A stretch of DNA of 63,990 nucleotides, filler included, from Reticulomyxa filosa (lineage: Eukaryota; Protista; Foraminifera): NCBI GenBank assembly GCA_000512085.1. It is 23 parts of 23 records of this genome, joined end to end, with 100 filler letters (N's around TTAATTAATTAA, not from the genome) between each part and the next. Parts side by side here need not be neighbours in the genome. Positions count along the whole stretch, not along the records: positions 18,716 to 23,192 come from ASPP01003446.1; positions 23,293 to 24,817 come from ASPP01021944.1; positions 24,918 to 27,048 come from ASPP01022632.1; positions 27,149 to 32,219 come from ASPP01018422.1; positions 32,320 to 34,136 come from ASPP01011625.1; positions 34,237 to 37,158 come from ASPP01021516.1; 17 more parts are not named here. The stretch is one strand, 5' to 3'. This document shows, one piece after another, positions 23,031-35,927 of the stretch; the stretch's first letter is position 1; each line of letters starts with the position of its first letter. Under the pieces are notes generated by a model. That model saw nothing but the letters and a program-made list of their open reading frames with translations. It had not been told where the DNA came from and searched no databases. Both the position numbers and the translations under genes were made by a program.

Positions 23031-24549
23031 ATTACAATTCAGTATTAGTCACATTGTAGCGCTTGCATACACACACACACACACATATACACTCTTTCCA
23101 CCCCCTTTGGCAAATGACGGAAGAGAGAGAGAGAGTAGTATCACTCAATTAAAAAAAAAAAAGTTACCTCCTGAAGACAAGGTTTTGTCAGTNNNNNNNN
23201 NNNNNNNNNNNNNNNNNNNNNNNNNNNNNNNNNNNNTTAATTAATTAANNNNNNNNNNNNNNNNNNNNNNNNNNNNNNNNNNNNNNNNNNNNTTTTTAAA
23301 TTTTTTTTTTATTTTACAGGATGGCCCTGCAACAGCCACACGACAGTGTGCCCAATTGCTGCCAGGCAAATATTGACATAAAAATTTCAAAAATACTTTT
23401 TCTTGCACAACTTGTTTGGCTGTTTACAAACCCACTAAAAAAAGTCTTCAAAATTTTTCGTAATCTATATTTTATACCAAAAATAAGGTATACTTGAATA
23501 TCAGAATAAGCTACCTAAAAAAAATCAATGAAAAATAGAAGTTGCAATAAATGCTAAGTTTAACAGCAAAATCTTATTATTGTTTTTATCACTAATATTT
23601 CATAGCTATCTCCCAAAGTATTCATTATTGCACATATTTCGTTACTAATGTGTTTTTTTGTGGACATGCTCTCTCCATCAAAACATAATATTTATAGATT
23701 ATTTATTTTTATAATAAATGTTATCAAACTAAAATCCTCTGAATATGGAGGGAAGCCAATGTGTTCAATTGCCCAGATTTGTGATTTGTGTTTTCAAGTC
23801 AGTTACCCACGTTATTTAAATAAAATTTCTCAATATTGCACTACTGCACCTCAATTTAGCGTGGGACGTCTGCGACTGATAAGAGACTGTACTAAATGTA
23901 ATACAAAAAGGTTTACTCAAAAAGAGACCAGTTTTCGGCAAAACAAAAGTAAATTAAATAAATAAAAGATGAATGACACAATAAAAGAAAGAAAACAAAC
24001 AAAGAGTGAAGAAAGTTGGTGGAGAAGTTTAACCCACTGGGGCTCCTCAAATCCTCCAGAATTCAGTCGTCTATAGTAGAGACTTGCCCTACACTAGTAG
24101 TTACGGGACAGAACAAAGAGAAAGAACCAGGTTGTGTTTTCGTAAATGATTGTAAGAATGAAGAGAAGCTTGTAATTTGTGATTATCATTTACAAAAACA
24201 TAACCTGATTCTTTCCTTGTGCTATTCCGTAATTACTAGATTGAGGTGAAGCAAGGCCAATGTTTTCATCAGCTTTTTGGTAAAGCAAAGCAGCGACATT
24301 AGCAAAAGTGTTATGTAACGGGGATGTACCTCGGAAAAACATAATTGTTATTCATTTTGTACTATTCATTGTCATAAAATCGACAGACATGATCAACATA
24401 ATGCCGCTTTTTTACTTACTAATTTTACTTTTTAAAATTCTTGGAGAACTACGTGAATTAGAGCAAGTTAATATAATTGTCAAAAAAATTCACATGCTTC
24501 AACCCTCCTTCATATAGCATCCATATTATTTTTTTTTTCATCACTTAAA

Positions 24550-24817
24550 ATGGCACAAAGCACAATGGATGTGGAGCATCAACCTCCTAACGAAGGAATA
24601 TCTACATTATCAAAAGAGACTGATAAGCTTAGGCCAGCAGACTCCGGAGTGTCTACAAATAAGGTGGACGACACAGCAGGGAATCAAAGTGACTACAGCG
24701 TTCCTTCTGCTTCTGACAAAGACGCTAACAGTGACATTGAGCAAGAAGTTCCACCAATGGAGCCAGTATATCCATTCCCAGTGCCCATGAAAGCACCGAA
24801 TGTGACCGTTTACAAGT
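24550..24817 (+). CDS. Hypothetical protein, acidic disordered N-terminus (3'-partial)
   Basis: ATG in AAAATGG context; the ORF stays open to the contig end with coding-like composition. Confidence 0.45.
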
Positions 24818-24939
24818 NNNNNNNNNNNNNNNNNNNNNNNNNNNNNNNNNNNNNNNNNNNNTTAATTAATTAANNNNNNNNNNNNNNNNNNNNNNNNNNN
24901 NNNNNNNNNNNNNNNNNGTGTGTGTGTGTATTTGTGTAT

Positions 24940-26224
24940 GTGTTTGTTACCTTGTTTTGCTCATTAGTCCACACGAAGATGTCGTTGAAAACATACAGTT
25001 GAATTTCCCGCATGATTGTAGAAAAAACAGTTCGCTGTTTAATGTGACATTTCACCGAAACTGCATTCGTCCCCCCCTCATCACCAACAACAACAAGTGG
25101 CGTGCAATTGGTGTGTGTTTTGTTGTTTTTTTTTTTTTTTAAAAATTAAAAAAAAAAATAACGTACATATATGCATATACATAAATATATTATATATGCA
25201 TAGTATAAAAAAAAAAAAAAAAAACTGAACATGAGAAGGTACGACTCAGAGTAAACAAAGAATCCATTTCTCCAGATAATTTCCACTCTACGTTCAATAC
25301 TTCTAACATGCGATGATATGTCTGTGTCTGATCTTTTTTTTTTTTTGGATATTTTGTAGTTATATAAACATATATATGTACATACATACATACATATATA
25401 AATATATAGTAAAAAACATACCGATAAACGTGGAAAGATGTGTTTTAATATGCGCCAGAACTCGATCAATGAGGGGCCATTTCTTGTTGATTTTCGACCG
25501 CGTGTCTTGTGCACAGCGTATCAATTCTTGGCAGCGTTCGAAGCCAATGAACAGTACCCTTTTGGCAGCGCACATACAAACATACACACACATATATATA
25601 TATATATATATACATATATGACGTATATATTGGCGATACAAATGAGATCCAATAATCCAAAGCAAAGACGAAGAGGAAAAAAGTATAAAACTGTCCAAGT
25701 GTCTGTGGATTGCCTTTGGTAAATTTGGCAATAGTTTTGTAGATGAAATGTTTGAATTTGGGCTTTTGAGATAGGAATTGCGACATGTGTAGCCACATGT
25801 GTGACAAATGTTCAATGTACGGCTGATACGTGGAGGGAAAGTCTTGAAATATAGTCCACAAATCTTCCAGCGTCAAATCCTTTGGGGACACAGCCGGCAC
25901 AGAAGAAATTGGTTCTGTATCTTCATCAATCAATTCGTCACTACCACCTCCCTCGCTTCCACCGACATTTTTTTGTATCACGTGCAAACGTGAATTGTCC
26001 GAAAATGCATAGGTGGCTGTGTCGTTTTTCCAATCCGACGGAGGATTGACTCGAGTTGTTTTTTTCGTTTTCCTCAAATGTCGATTCATCGCTTCATTAT
26101 GATAATTGAATATCCCTTCTAAACCACCAAATAACATCTCCACCTTTTTTTTGTTAGTTGTTGTTGCTATTGCACTTCCCCCTCCCTCACTTTCCAGAAC
26201 TGTCACTCGGAAAGGGCAAAACAA
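24940..26224 (-). CDS. Divergent DH-PH (RhoGEF-like) protein, multi-exon, partial
   Basis: DH-like motifs LFGGLEGIFNYHN and IFQDFPSTYQPYIEH, a linker exon (EVLNVEWKLSGEMDSLFTLSR) and a PH-like strand REIQLYVFNDIFVWT. Exons are separated by TA/T-rich introns. Confidence 0.55.
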
Positions 26225-27519
26225 ACATATTTCACTTCACTTCTAGAGACGTCATTTGATATTTTATTGGCAGTTGTTTCAATGGCTCAATCACTAACTT
26301 TTGCACTGAACGGACCTCTTGCAAAAATTTTTGCTCACTTGATACAAACTATGCCATTTTCCAAGTTTTTTTTTACACATTACTTTCTTTTTTTTTTTTT
26401 TTGCAATGTTGTGTCTTGGGCTGAACTTCGTTTCGAAGGCCAATTTCAATAAAAGATGTCATTTCTGTTTGATTCTCGAGTTTTATGCTCCCAATAGAAA
26501 AAGATCAAAGAAAAAAAAAAAAGAAAAAAAATCTGCAGTTGTTCTTCGACCCGAATCAACAAGGGAGCTGTGGCATGGTTTTCAGACCAAGTGAACGACA
26601 CAAAAAAACTTCGTTGGTCGACACACAATTTTGGCTAACAGCAAAATCTACATGCTGAAAGCATTAGTCCAAAATGGCATAGCTCTTTAAACAGAAAAAT
26701 GTGAAAAAGAAAAGCAGCTAAGCTGTTTACTCGTACAAAAATTTATTTTAAAAAAATATTTTGTTAGAAAAAATTGTATATTTAAATATTTCTTCTTGTT
26801 ACAACAACAAATTTCACAAACTCTTGTAATATATTTTGTATTTAATGTCAGTTCTGCCATTATACTTGTTCAAATTATTTTTCCATTATTTGCTACATTA
26901 ATCATAATGTGTGCATTTCATTATGAAATTATATGTAGAATGTCAAGTAAAGTTGACAATAAAACTGTACATTATATATATGATTGATTTTCTTCGTGAA
27001 AAACAATATTAATACAGTATGTTGCAAAGAAAACTGAACGCCTAAAACNNNNNNNNNNNNNNNNNNNNNNNNNNNNNNNNNNNNNNNNNNNNTTAATTAA
27101 TTAANNNNNNNNNNNNNNNNNNNNNNNNNNNNNNNNNNNNNNNNNNNNTTTCATAATAATGCCACTATTTCCACTATTTGGCATGTCCTTGGTGGAGCTG
27201 CTGGAGAAAAGATATTAAGTACCTTCTGATCCCGAGTGAATAGATCTTTATCCTTTGCTTCTTTGAAGAAAAAAAGTGCGTTTTCTTGTATTGTTCTTGT
27301 GATGTTTTGTATCACAGAGAATATACTTGCCATCAAAGTAAAATTTTTTTCAGTTATAAATTTTGAAAATTTCTTATCCCAAAAGTACTCCAAAAAAAAG
27401 TTGTTCAAAATTTGGAGTGGCACCATTCAAGTGCTGGTGTACAACAATAACCAAGTAGGTAACAAAAGCAACAAAGAAAATCTGTAGTACAATCCTCATC
27501 AGTTTGTTCTGCCAAAAAA

Positions 27520-27670
27520 AAAGAAAAATTCAGTAACATTAAAAATTAGCAATAATTTTGGACTTTGATTGAAAAAAACTTCGTGGAAAAGCTAATGGAT
27601 ATTTGCAGAAGAGTGACGATAGCTATGCTGTGTTTGTTAATTTGTGTGATTGTACTCAAAGTAAAAGGAC
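27520..27670 (+). pseudogene. Truncated duplicate of the 5' end of the downstream USP gene
   Basis: EKNFVEKLMDICRRVTIAMLCLLICV matches KKGFVEKLMDIFRKRKVTIALLCLLICG at 29467. Both have an upstream AAATTCAGT element. Confidence 0.8.
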
Positions 27671-29445
27671 AGGAAATAATTTTATGGAGCCATTCATATT
27701 TGGGGATAGATAATTTTTTCGACAAGAGTTTATTGACAGCTTTGATTCTTTTAAAGTAATTAGACGAAGTAAATGTTTTTATCAATAATCAAAAAAAATG
27801 TTTGAAAGATGTCACTTTTTTTTTTCTCTTTCCTCACTCGACGAATATATTTTTAACAAAACAAATGAAGGATTAGTTCGATCTGATGAATAATCTTGAG
27901 CCAAAAGATAATATTTTATTATATACATTAAACAAAAAAAGTCAAGTTAAAAAAATAAAATAAGTCAATCCAACTTGCATAGAATAAAATTTTGATTACA
28001 CTTAAATTAAAAAACACTGCACTATTTTCACTGTTTGGTATGTCGTCAGTTGGGCTACTGAATAAATAGCGAGAAATACATTACCCAAAAGATAACAGCA
28101 AAAAGGGATTTTTTTTCTCTTATTCGTATGAGTGCAATATGATCACACCAGCTGAAACAACATATAATACGTGGAATAGTTAAGCTTTTTTTTGTTAATA
28201 CAATGTATTGAGGAATAATTAGAGTCAGATGCTACCTGCGAGTCGCAATAAGGGAAAGTGTGGGTAGACTTACACAATTTACCTTGAAAAGAGAGTTTGA
28301 ATGAGTTGACGTTGCTCAAAGTTGCATAACGATATAGCATTCCTCTGAGTGCTGCTCATGTTCAATGCAAGTTGTTATCCCTTTTTTTTTTTGGAGTGAA
28401 AAATTTTTATTTTGCTAGATGATTTCCACTTGTTTTTTAGTTTTCTATTTTTGAATCATTTTTATCAAAATATTGAAATGCTGCTCTTTTGGATTTTGAA
28501 ACTAAAAATCAAATTAATCACTTTTTGGCCAAATTGTTGCTGTGTAATTTTCCTTTAACGAAAAATGAAGAAGAAAAAAGTCACGCAAAATATTGATTAA
28601 ACTTTTTTTGTGCAGACAAAAGTAAGAAAGAATTTTTTTTTGTACTGTACAATAAAAAAGGAAGGGCGTATGAAACGGCACTTTATAAAGATTATTTATT
28701 TTCTACATAAAAAAACAACACTTAATCGATTTTTTCCTATTTTAAAATATCTATGAATTGTGTAATTTTTAATATAGTTTTTATTTTAGTTTTTTACTAT
28801 CTTCGAAATTTCTTGCTTTATTATTAATATCTTTTTTTTGTTTTGATGTGCAAATATTTTATTAATTTCATCAAATGTTCGTTCAATATTATATTTATTT
28901 GCTCGATCAAAAGTTCTTTTTCACCCTAATTTTTTGTATTTTCCATAAGTTACTGTATTTTTATCTACTTTTTATCTATTTTGAAATATGTTCTTTTAGT
29001 TACTTCTGCAGTCCGATTTAATAGAACAAATATCTGCAATAGGTTCATCATACAAATATTTATAAATATGATTTATTAATTTCGCGCTTTTCAGTTCATT
29101 TCGATCGATTTTATTCAATTAACGATATTAGGCCTAGTTTTTTCATTTTCTAAATTTCATTTCATAATGTCCCTTTTCATCGCTTTCAAGCTGGCATTTG
29201 CAGTCATTCAATACGTTCACATAAGGGAAGCAATAACATATTTGACTTCTATGTTTATCACGAACAGAGTAATTCCATTGATTTTTTATTCAAAAAAAGG
29301 GCTTGTTAAGCATAAAAAATTTAAAAATTATTTTTTAGTAAATTGAAAAAAGTAATTTTTCTTTATTTTGTCACGTTTCAGTAAAAAAATTCTAAAAGAC
29401 GCAAGGACAGAAAATTCAGTGAAAATATAACAAAATTTTGGACAA

Positions 29446-30942
29446 ATGCAATCGCCTTCATTGGATAAAAAAGGCTTTGTGGAAAAGCTAATGGATATAT
29501 TTAGAAAAAGGAAAGTGACAATAGCTTTGCTATGTTTGTTAATCTGTGGATGGCTTTACGTTCAAAGCCAAAAGAACAGGAGTCGCGACAGGAGTAAAAG
29601 TAAAAAAGGTGACAAAGAGAAAAAACAAATAAAAGCAAGGGGATTGAAGGACTTAGGGGGCATGTGTTACTTGAACTCGGTATTGCAGTGTCTAGTGCAC
29701 ACGGAGGTAATGAAAGATATAACACTGCACAGAGAGAGAAAATTTCAAAATTGGAAAAGCGCAAAACACGAAGGCTTATATTTTGCGTGGGTGGAGTTTA
29801 TGCAAGAATATTGGGCAAAAGATGACACCGACGAGACGCCCGCAATGACAGCAGAAAAGATAGAAAAGGCCTTGCGCAAATATGAGACAAACAAAGAGTC
29901 ATCAGGAGTAGAGCAAGATGGATTCGAATGCGTAGTAAGCATTTTAAGTTTCGAATGAATGCAATATATACACATATATATATACATATATATAAATATA
30001 TATATGTATATATATACATTTATATGACACAATAAATTATTAACAATAATAAAAAAAAAATAGATGGCGTTCATGATGACATCAATCAAGTGTCAACACA
30101 ACAAAGCGTAAAACGTGTTGGGAATGCCTCGGATAATGACGAATCAATTGCCAATCGGACTTGGAAAATATATGAGCAATACCGGTATTGCTCACCATTT
30201 ACAAGCAACCAGACACTCGAGGGATTGCTTCGGATCGAACACTTTTGCACTCATTGCCACCAACGTATCTATCAACAGTTTGAGGAGTTTCTCTCTTTGA
30301 AACTTCCCATATCTTTGCCCATTGCAAATCCTACCCCTCGTCAAGCCACCATCGAAGAATGTCTGGCCGAGTATGAAAAGATAAAGACTTCCCAGACCAA
30401 TGTCAAGTATATTCCAAGGATACTCTTCTTTTTTTTTTTTTTTTTTTTTTTGCAAAAGACATAAAATGCTAAACAAAATATAACACCTGCAAGATTTTGC
30501 AATCAATGTCGCAGAGACGTCGTTGCAAGTGAAAAGAGCAACATATTTTATCCGCCCTCATTTTTAATACTCGCTCTTGATCGCTTCAATATTCACACTC
30601 AGCAAAAAAATTTTACTCCAGTATATCCCAATCTGACTCTTAACTTAAAACCTTTTTGCTCGATCAACAGTCCATGTCAAAAAGTTTCTCTTCCTTACAC
30701 ATAAATATATACATATATATATGCATATATGCATATTTATGTACGTGTATACGTATATATAATTTTTTTTACACATACAGAAATCGCTAACGTATAAGCT
30801 ATATGCCATGTGTATTCACTTGGGCAATACTCCTCAAACCGGTCATTACATTGCTAATATCAGCTCTGAAAACCAATGGATGTGCTGCAATGATACTCGT
30901 ATTCACGAAGTTACCCCTACTCAAGTTATTGGAGACACATAA
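29446..30942 (+). CDS. Ubiquitin-specific protease (peptidase C19) with an N-terminal transmembrane anchor; 4 exons
   Basis: Cys box GLKDLGGMCYLNSVLQCL, EQDGFEC, GVHDDINQV, CTHC/CNQC zinc ribbon, LILALDRF and His box YKLYAMCIHLG..GHYIA..WMCCND. Introns at ~29948-30063, ~30407-30493 and ~30683-30780. Confidence 0.9.
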
Positions 30943-32319
30943 CTATATATTTGTATGTAATAACCATCCTGCTCTTTATCCTCCACTCAAATACTTTTTT
31001 TCATAGGTCGAAAAACAGGGTCATGGATATATCTTCTTTTACCAACGCATTCCTTAAAACCTCTCTTTTTTTTTTGTGTGTTGGCTTTTTGCTTGGATTT
31101 TCTATTTTAATGCTACTCATGAAACTCTCTTCTCAATTTTCTAAATCTTGTTCGGGTTCAACTCTGATTTTTTGTCCCATCATATTTTCCTTTTCTTTAA
31201 TTTTTGCATTTCTTAAAAAGTATTTACCAAAGCCATTTTTTAATTTGTTTTTTAACCAACTTGGAAATTATGTAGGCAGTTTAATACTTTAATTTTAAAT
31301 TTTTAAAAATAGCGACCCTTTTTCTAGCTCATCTTTTTTGAATATTATAGAACATGATGAACAATTTGAAATATTCAAAGAAAAATCACTTTTGTGTATG
31401 TTCTCGTCATGTATTGAATAAGTGTCCTTCACAAAACGTTGCATACCTTCTCCTTGCCTTTTTTCTGTCTATATCCTTTATATTGTACTGTTGTTTCGGT
31501 AATTTAAAATTACTTGCGGGAATGAAACAATGCACTGTACTGAATTACTTCATTGCCATTATCATCTTATTGTTGGTATACAAATTTATGGGCTTGTTGA
31601 AATCAATTTTTAAAAAGGACGAGGGGAACGCTATCGAGTTATGCATTCAATCACTCCACTCTTTTTTTTTTTTGGAGTCAGTTCATGTAAAAAAAAAATC
31701 TTGTAAATCGTAAACAAATAAATTTTTATATTTGAATGTACTGTGATCTGTAAAGAAATAGAAACCAGAGGGGGGCAGACGAGCAATTTGAAGAGTTAAG
31801 AATAAAAAGAAAAAGGAAGCTTTTTTTTTTCTCTTTGTTTATTGCAAATCTCTGGTGGATGTGTCTATTTTTTGTGTGTTTGTTTGTTTTAATTGAAACT
31901 TAGATTGACTTCTATAGAGATAAAAGGGGAATATAAAAGGTGACCTTTTGTTCTACGTCGGTCTCTTTTCACATATTCTGTTGCTTTGGCTATGTTTGAT
32001 CGCATCGAATTGTTTTGAGCAACATATATTTTTTTCCCCTCCAGACAAACAAAAAACGATTGCATTCAGCTTTTTGAAATTTTTTTTGTTAATTATTACT
32101 ATTAGAGCGGAGAACTTAGAAAATGAGAACAGCAAATTGCAACAGTTAAAAAAAAAAAAAAAAAAAAACCAAAACGAAAAAGAAAGCAAGGAAAAAAAAA
32201 AAGAAAATAAAACAAAATTNNNNNNNNNNNNNNNNNNNNNNNNNNNNNNNNNNNNNNNNNNNNTTAATTAATTAANNNNNNNNNNNNNNNNNNNNNNNNN
32301 NNNNNNNNNNNNNNNNNNN

Positions 32320-34136
32320 GGCTGCGCCCCAGGCCTGGTAGCCCTGCCAGGCCTGCTGCAGAAACAGGCGGGCAATACTGTGTTGGCCGCAGGCCAGCCA
32401 GTAGTCGCCGTAGCATTCGCTGGCCAGCGCCGACAGGTGCTGGAAACCATGGTGATTGGCCAGATCGATGGCCTGTTGGTAAGCCTGTTGCGCGGCCAGC
32501 GCCTCGCCATCGCAACGCGCCAGTTCGGCCTGCAGCAGCGCATGGCGGGCGGCAAAGTTCTCCGGGCAACGTGCTTGCCAGCGGGCGTGCTGTGCCAGCT
32601 GAGCCTGCAGTTGCTGCCGCCAGGTGCTGGCTTGCGGGTCATCGGGGCTGGCGCGCAGGGCGCGGGCCAGGATGATGGCACGGTAGAAGCCGGCTTCACT
32701 CACCTTGAACTGGCCGGCCAGCCGGGTTGCAATCAGCGGCAGTTGCGTACTGAGCGCCAGTGCATCGGGCGCCTGCAGCAGGCAGGCCGTCATCAGCTTG
32801 CCGTGATAGTAGTAGGCCAGCTGCATCGGCCGGTCGTGATAGCGCTGCAGGAAGTCTTGCTCGCTGAACGATTCGTCATCGAAGCTGTGCGGATGGTAGG
32901 TCAGCCCCATCAGGCAGCAGATCGGCTGGATGCTGCCGACGCAGGCGCAGTCATACATGGCCTGCAAATGCAGGCTTTGCAGCTGCTGCAGGTCTTGTTC
33001 GGCCAGCTCCAGCAGGGTAGGCAGATACTGGCCTTGCAGCAGGCGGTCGCTGCCGCGTACGGCCAGCAGGTAGCCGATATTGAGCCTATCACCGCTGTCG
33101 CGGCTGTCTTGCAGTGCCTGTTCGTAATAGGCATCCAGCTGTCGCAGCGGATGCTGCCAATGCCCCAGCACGCTGGCGTACAAGAACGCGGTATTGCCGC
33201 GAATGTCGATGGCGGGCTGCTGCTGCGCCAGCTGCATGGCAAATTGCCCGATGCGCTCGGCCGCATCGGCATGGTCGAACTCGCGTGCCAGCAGCGAGGC
33301 GTACAGCACATAGGCAAACGGCGAGCTTTCACCGTGGCCATGCTGCAACGCAGCCGTGTCATGTGCAGGATGGCCAGCGTGTCCAGCGCATGTTGGCCGC
33401 ACAGATAGGCGGCATGACTGACACCGAACAGCAAGGCCAGTGCATCACGGGCTTGCGGGTTCTGCATCAGCGGCAAGGCGGCCAGCTGCTGGCTGTCCGG
33501 CCCGCCGTCGGCAGTGCCCAGTTGCCGGTACAAGTCCTGCAGCATGCACTGTTGTGCATCGTCGTCTTGCGGCAGGGGAATGCCTAGCTGCGCCAGGCCC
33601 CGGCATTGCAGGGCCAGCGCTTCCTGATAGCGCGCTTGCAGCAGGTACTGCTGCATTTGTATGCGGTAGCCGGCGATGCAGGCGTCCGGGTTGGCAGCCA
33701 GGGCTTCCAGTTGCGGGTAAAGTGCATCGGCCAGCGCCCACTGCTGGCAGTGGCTGGCGGCCTGGCACAGGGCCAGCAGGATACGGTGTTGCGCCGCAGG
33801 CGGGCTGTCGGCGGGCAGCAGCTGGCGCGCCAGTTGCAGATGATGCAGGGCTGCCGGGTAAGCAGCCGTCTGCAGGGCCTGCTGGCCGGCCTGGGCATTC
33901 AGCGCTGCCAGTTGTGCCCGCTCCTCGGGTGCCCGTAGTAGCGGCAGGGCGGCATTGAGCTGCGCCAGAATGCCGTACAGGTCGGTGTCGCTACGGCCGG
34001 CTTCCAGGTCGGCCAGCAGCTTGCGGCCAACGTTCAGGTGTTGGTGCTGGCGCCCCGCTTCGTCGAGCAACACGTAGGCCGCTTGCTGGATACGGTCATG
34101 CGGAAAGTGATAGTACTCGTCGTCACCTTGTCGGTT
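32320..34136 (-). CDS. Bacterial COG3899-type ATPase / multi-sensor kinase, internal helical region (frameshift near 33360)
   Basis: YHFPHDRIQQAAY motif, QLNAALPLL..ERAQLAALNAQAG, SPFAYVLYA, CPENFAARHALLQAE and AYQQAIDLA..LASECYGDYW..YQAWGA. High GC, no introns, open at both ends. Confidence 0.85.
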
Positions 34137-34236
34137 NNNNNNNNNNNNNNNNNNNNNNNNNNNNNNNNNNNNNNNNNNNNTTAATTAATTAANNNNNNNN
34201 NNNNNNNNNNNNNNNNNNNNNNNNNNNNNNNNNNNN

Positions 34237-34270
34237 AAAAACCCGGAATTCAAACCCTTTCGGTTCCAAC
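34237..34270 (+). other. 454 paired-end hairpin adaptor remnant
   Basis: AAAAACCCGGAATTCAAACCCTTTCGGTTCCAAC contains the 3' half of the 454 FLX paired-end linker (GAATTCAAACCCTTTCGGTTCCAAC). It sits at a contig start, with a second copy at 61861. Confidence 0.9.
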
Positions 34271-34535
34271 TATTGCAAAATATACTTCAAATTTATCTAT
34301 ATTTGATAATTTAAAACAAGATCAATTTAAAATGGAACAACAAATTAAACGTATTCATTATTTTGGTTATTTAAGATATCTTTATGGTATGAGATTATAT
34401 TCTGATCTTACTTATTGTCAAAAAGGATATATGAAAAAATATTTTCCAGAAATTGAATTTTTAGATGAAGATAGTATTGTAATTGAAACATTTGGAAAAG
34501 CATATAAAGAATGGATTTTACAGCAACAAAATGAA

Positions 34536-34592
<57 letters not shown>

Positions 34593-35066
34593 TCTATTAA
34601 TTATAATTCTATTAATCTTAATCTTAATCTTAATCCTATTAATTTTAATCTCAATCTTAATCTTAATCTTAAACCTTCTGAAAAAAGACGACGCTTAAAT
34701 AAAAATGATATTGAACATATTCGTATTTATGAAAATGGAATTGTTATGCCTTCTAATCAAGATATTTCTACTTCTAGTTTATTATTATTATCTTTACAAG
34801 AACGAAAACTTTGTCAACATTTAAATTTATCATCTATTCAATATATGCGTATTAAAGAATTCCTTTTAACTGAACATATGAAAACTGGATTTCTTGTTTA
34901 TGAACATCTTTCTCATTTATTCCAATTTCATAAATCTTTACTTTCTATTCTTCAATTCTTACAACAATCCAATCTTATTCGTCTCATTCATGCCAATCAA
35001 TTAGCTCAAGATCCCAAACTTTCACTTTTTTTTAGGCAAAGAAATGGTATTCAATTTGGAAAATAA
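34271..35066 (+). CDS. ADA2-like transcriptional adaptor C-terminus with SWIRM domain (5'-partial)
   Basis: LLSLQERKLCQHLNLSSIQYMRIKEFLL..LLSILQFLQQSNLI fits the ADA2 SWIRM pattern (LLS..E..LC..L...P..YL.IK). Poly-N and NL inserts. Confidence 0.55.
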
Positions 35067-35927
35067 AATCAAATTTTTATTCATTTTTTAAATTGTTTTA
35101 ATCAAAATAAGTTTATTCATCAACAATTTTCACAAAAATATTATACTTTCAAAACATTACAATGTATTTCTTCAAATAAATGACCACGTTATTTTTGGCA
35201 AAATAAAACAGATTGATATTTTAAGTAAGCGGTCTGAAAAACATATAAAGTTGAAGAAATATCTTTTAGAAACACTTAACTTACAAATCAATAATGTTGA
35301 CTATAACAAAATTATAAATGACGAAAAATATTATTTTAACATAAAAAAATGATTGATATAGTCCCATAGTTTGATATATATTAAATAATAAAAATAACTC
35401 GGTCTAGCTTGAGGAAGCTAAGAGAAACTAATGGAAAGATCAATAGATTAATAATGATGTGTGTGTGATCAGGAGCACATGTGCAACAATGTTAATTTAA
35501 GTGATCTTAGTTATTATTGTGACCTTAGTAGCGATTTAGTAGTAGGTTCGACTAATACATGGACCATTATATATATATTTTTTTTACTATGAAATTTACA
35601 TTTTATATAAATACAGAAATCTATTGAACAATTACAAATGAAAGTGAATAAATCGAAATAACAACAATATTAAATTGATCTAACTTTGTTAGTTTGCATA
35701 TATTACAATATATTATTAAACTTAACATACTGAAACATTGCAAGTACAAAAAGTTACACAAACATGAACAACATTAGTACGTATATATATAATATTGACA
35801 TATTCTTTGATATCGCCGATTGTAATGTCGTGTTCCAAACTCACGGGGCTTAAATCAAACGTTCATCTCTTTATTGAGAGGAAAAGAGACTCGATTTAGC
35901 TTTTTTGAAAGCATTGAAAACTTTTTC

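Noticed and set aside
32264-33958. Multiple overlapping ORFs in the second bacterial contig
   Set aside because: GC-rich shadow frames; only 32272..33402 and 32910..34073 on the minus strand carry family motifs.
15080-34136. Horizontal gene transfer of bacterial genes into the eukaryote
   Set aside because: Each bacterial sequence fills its own contig with no junction to host DNA.
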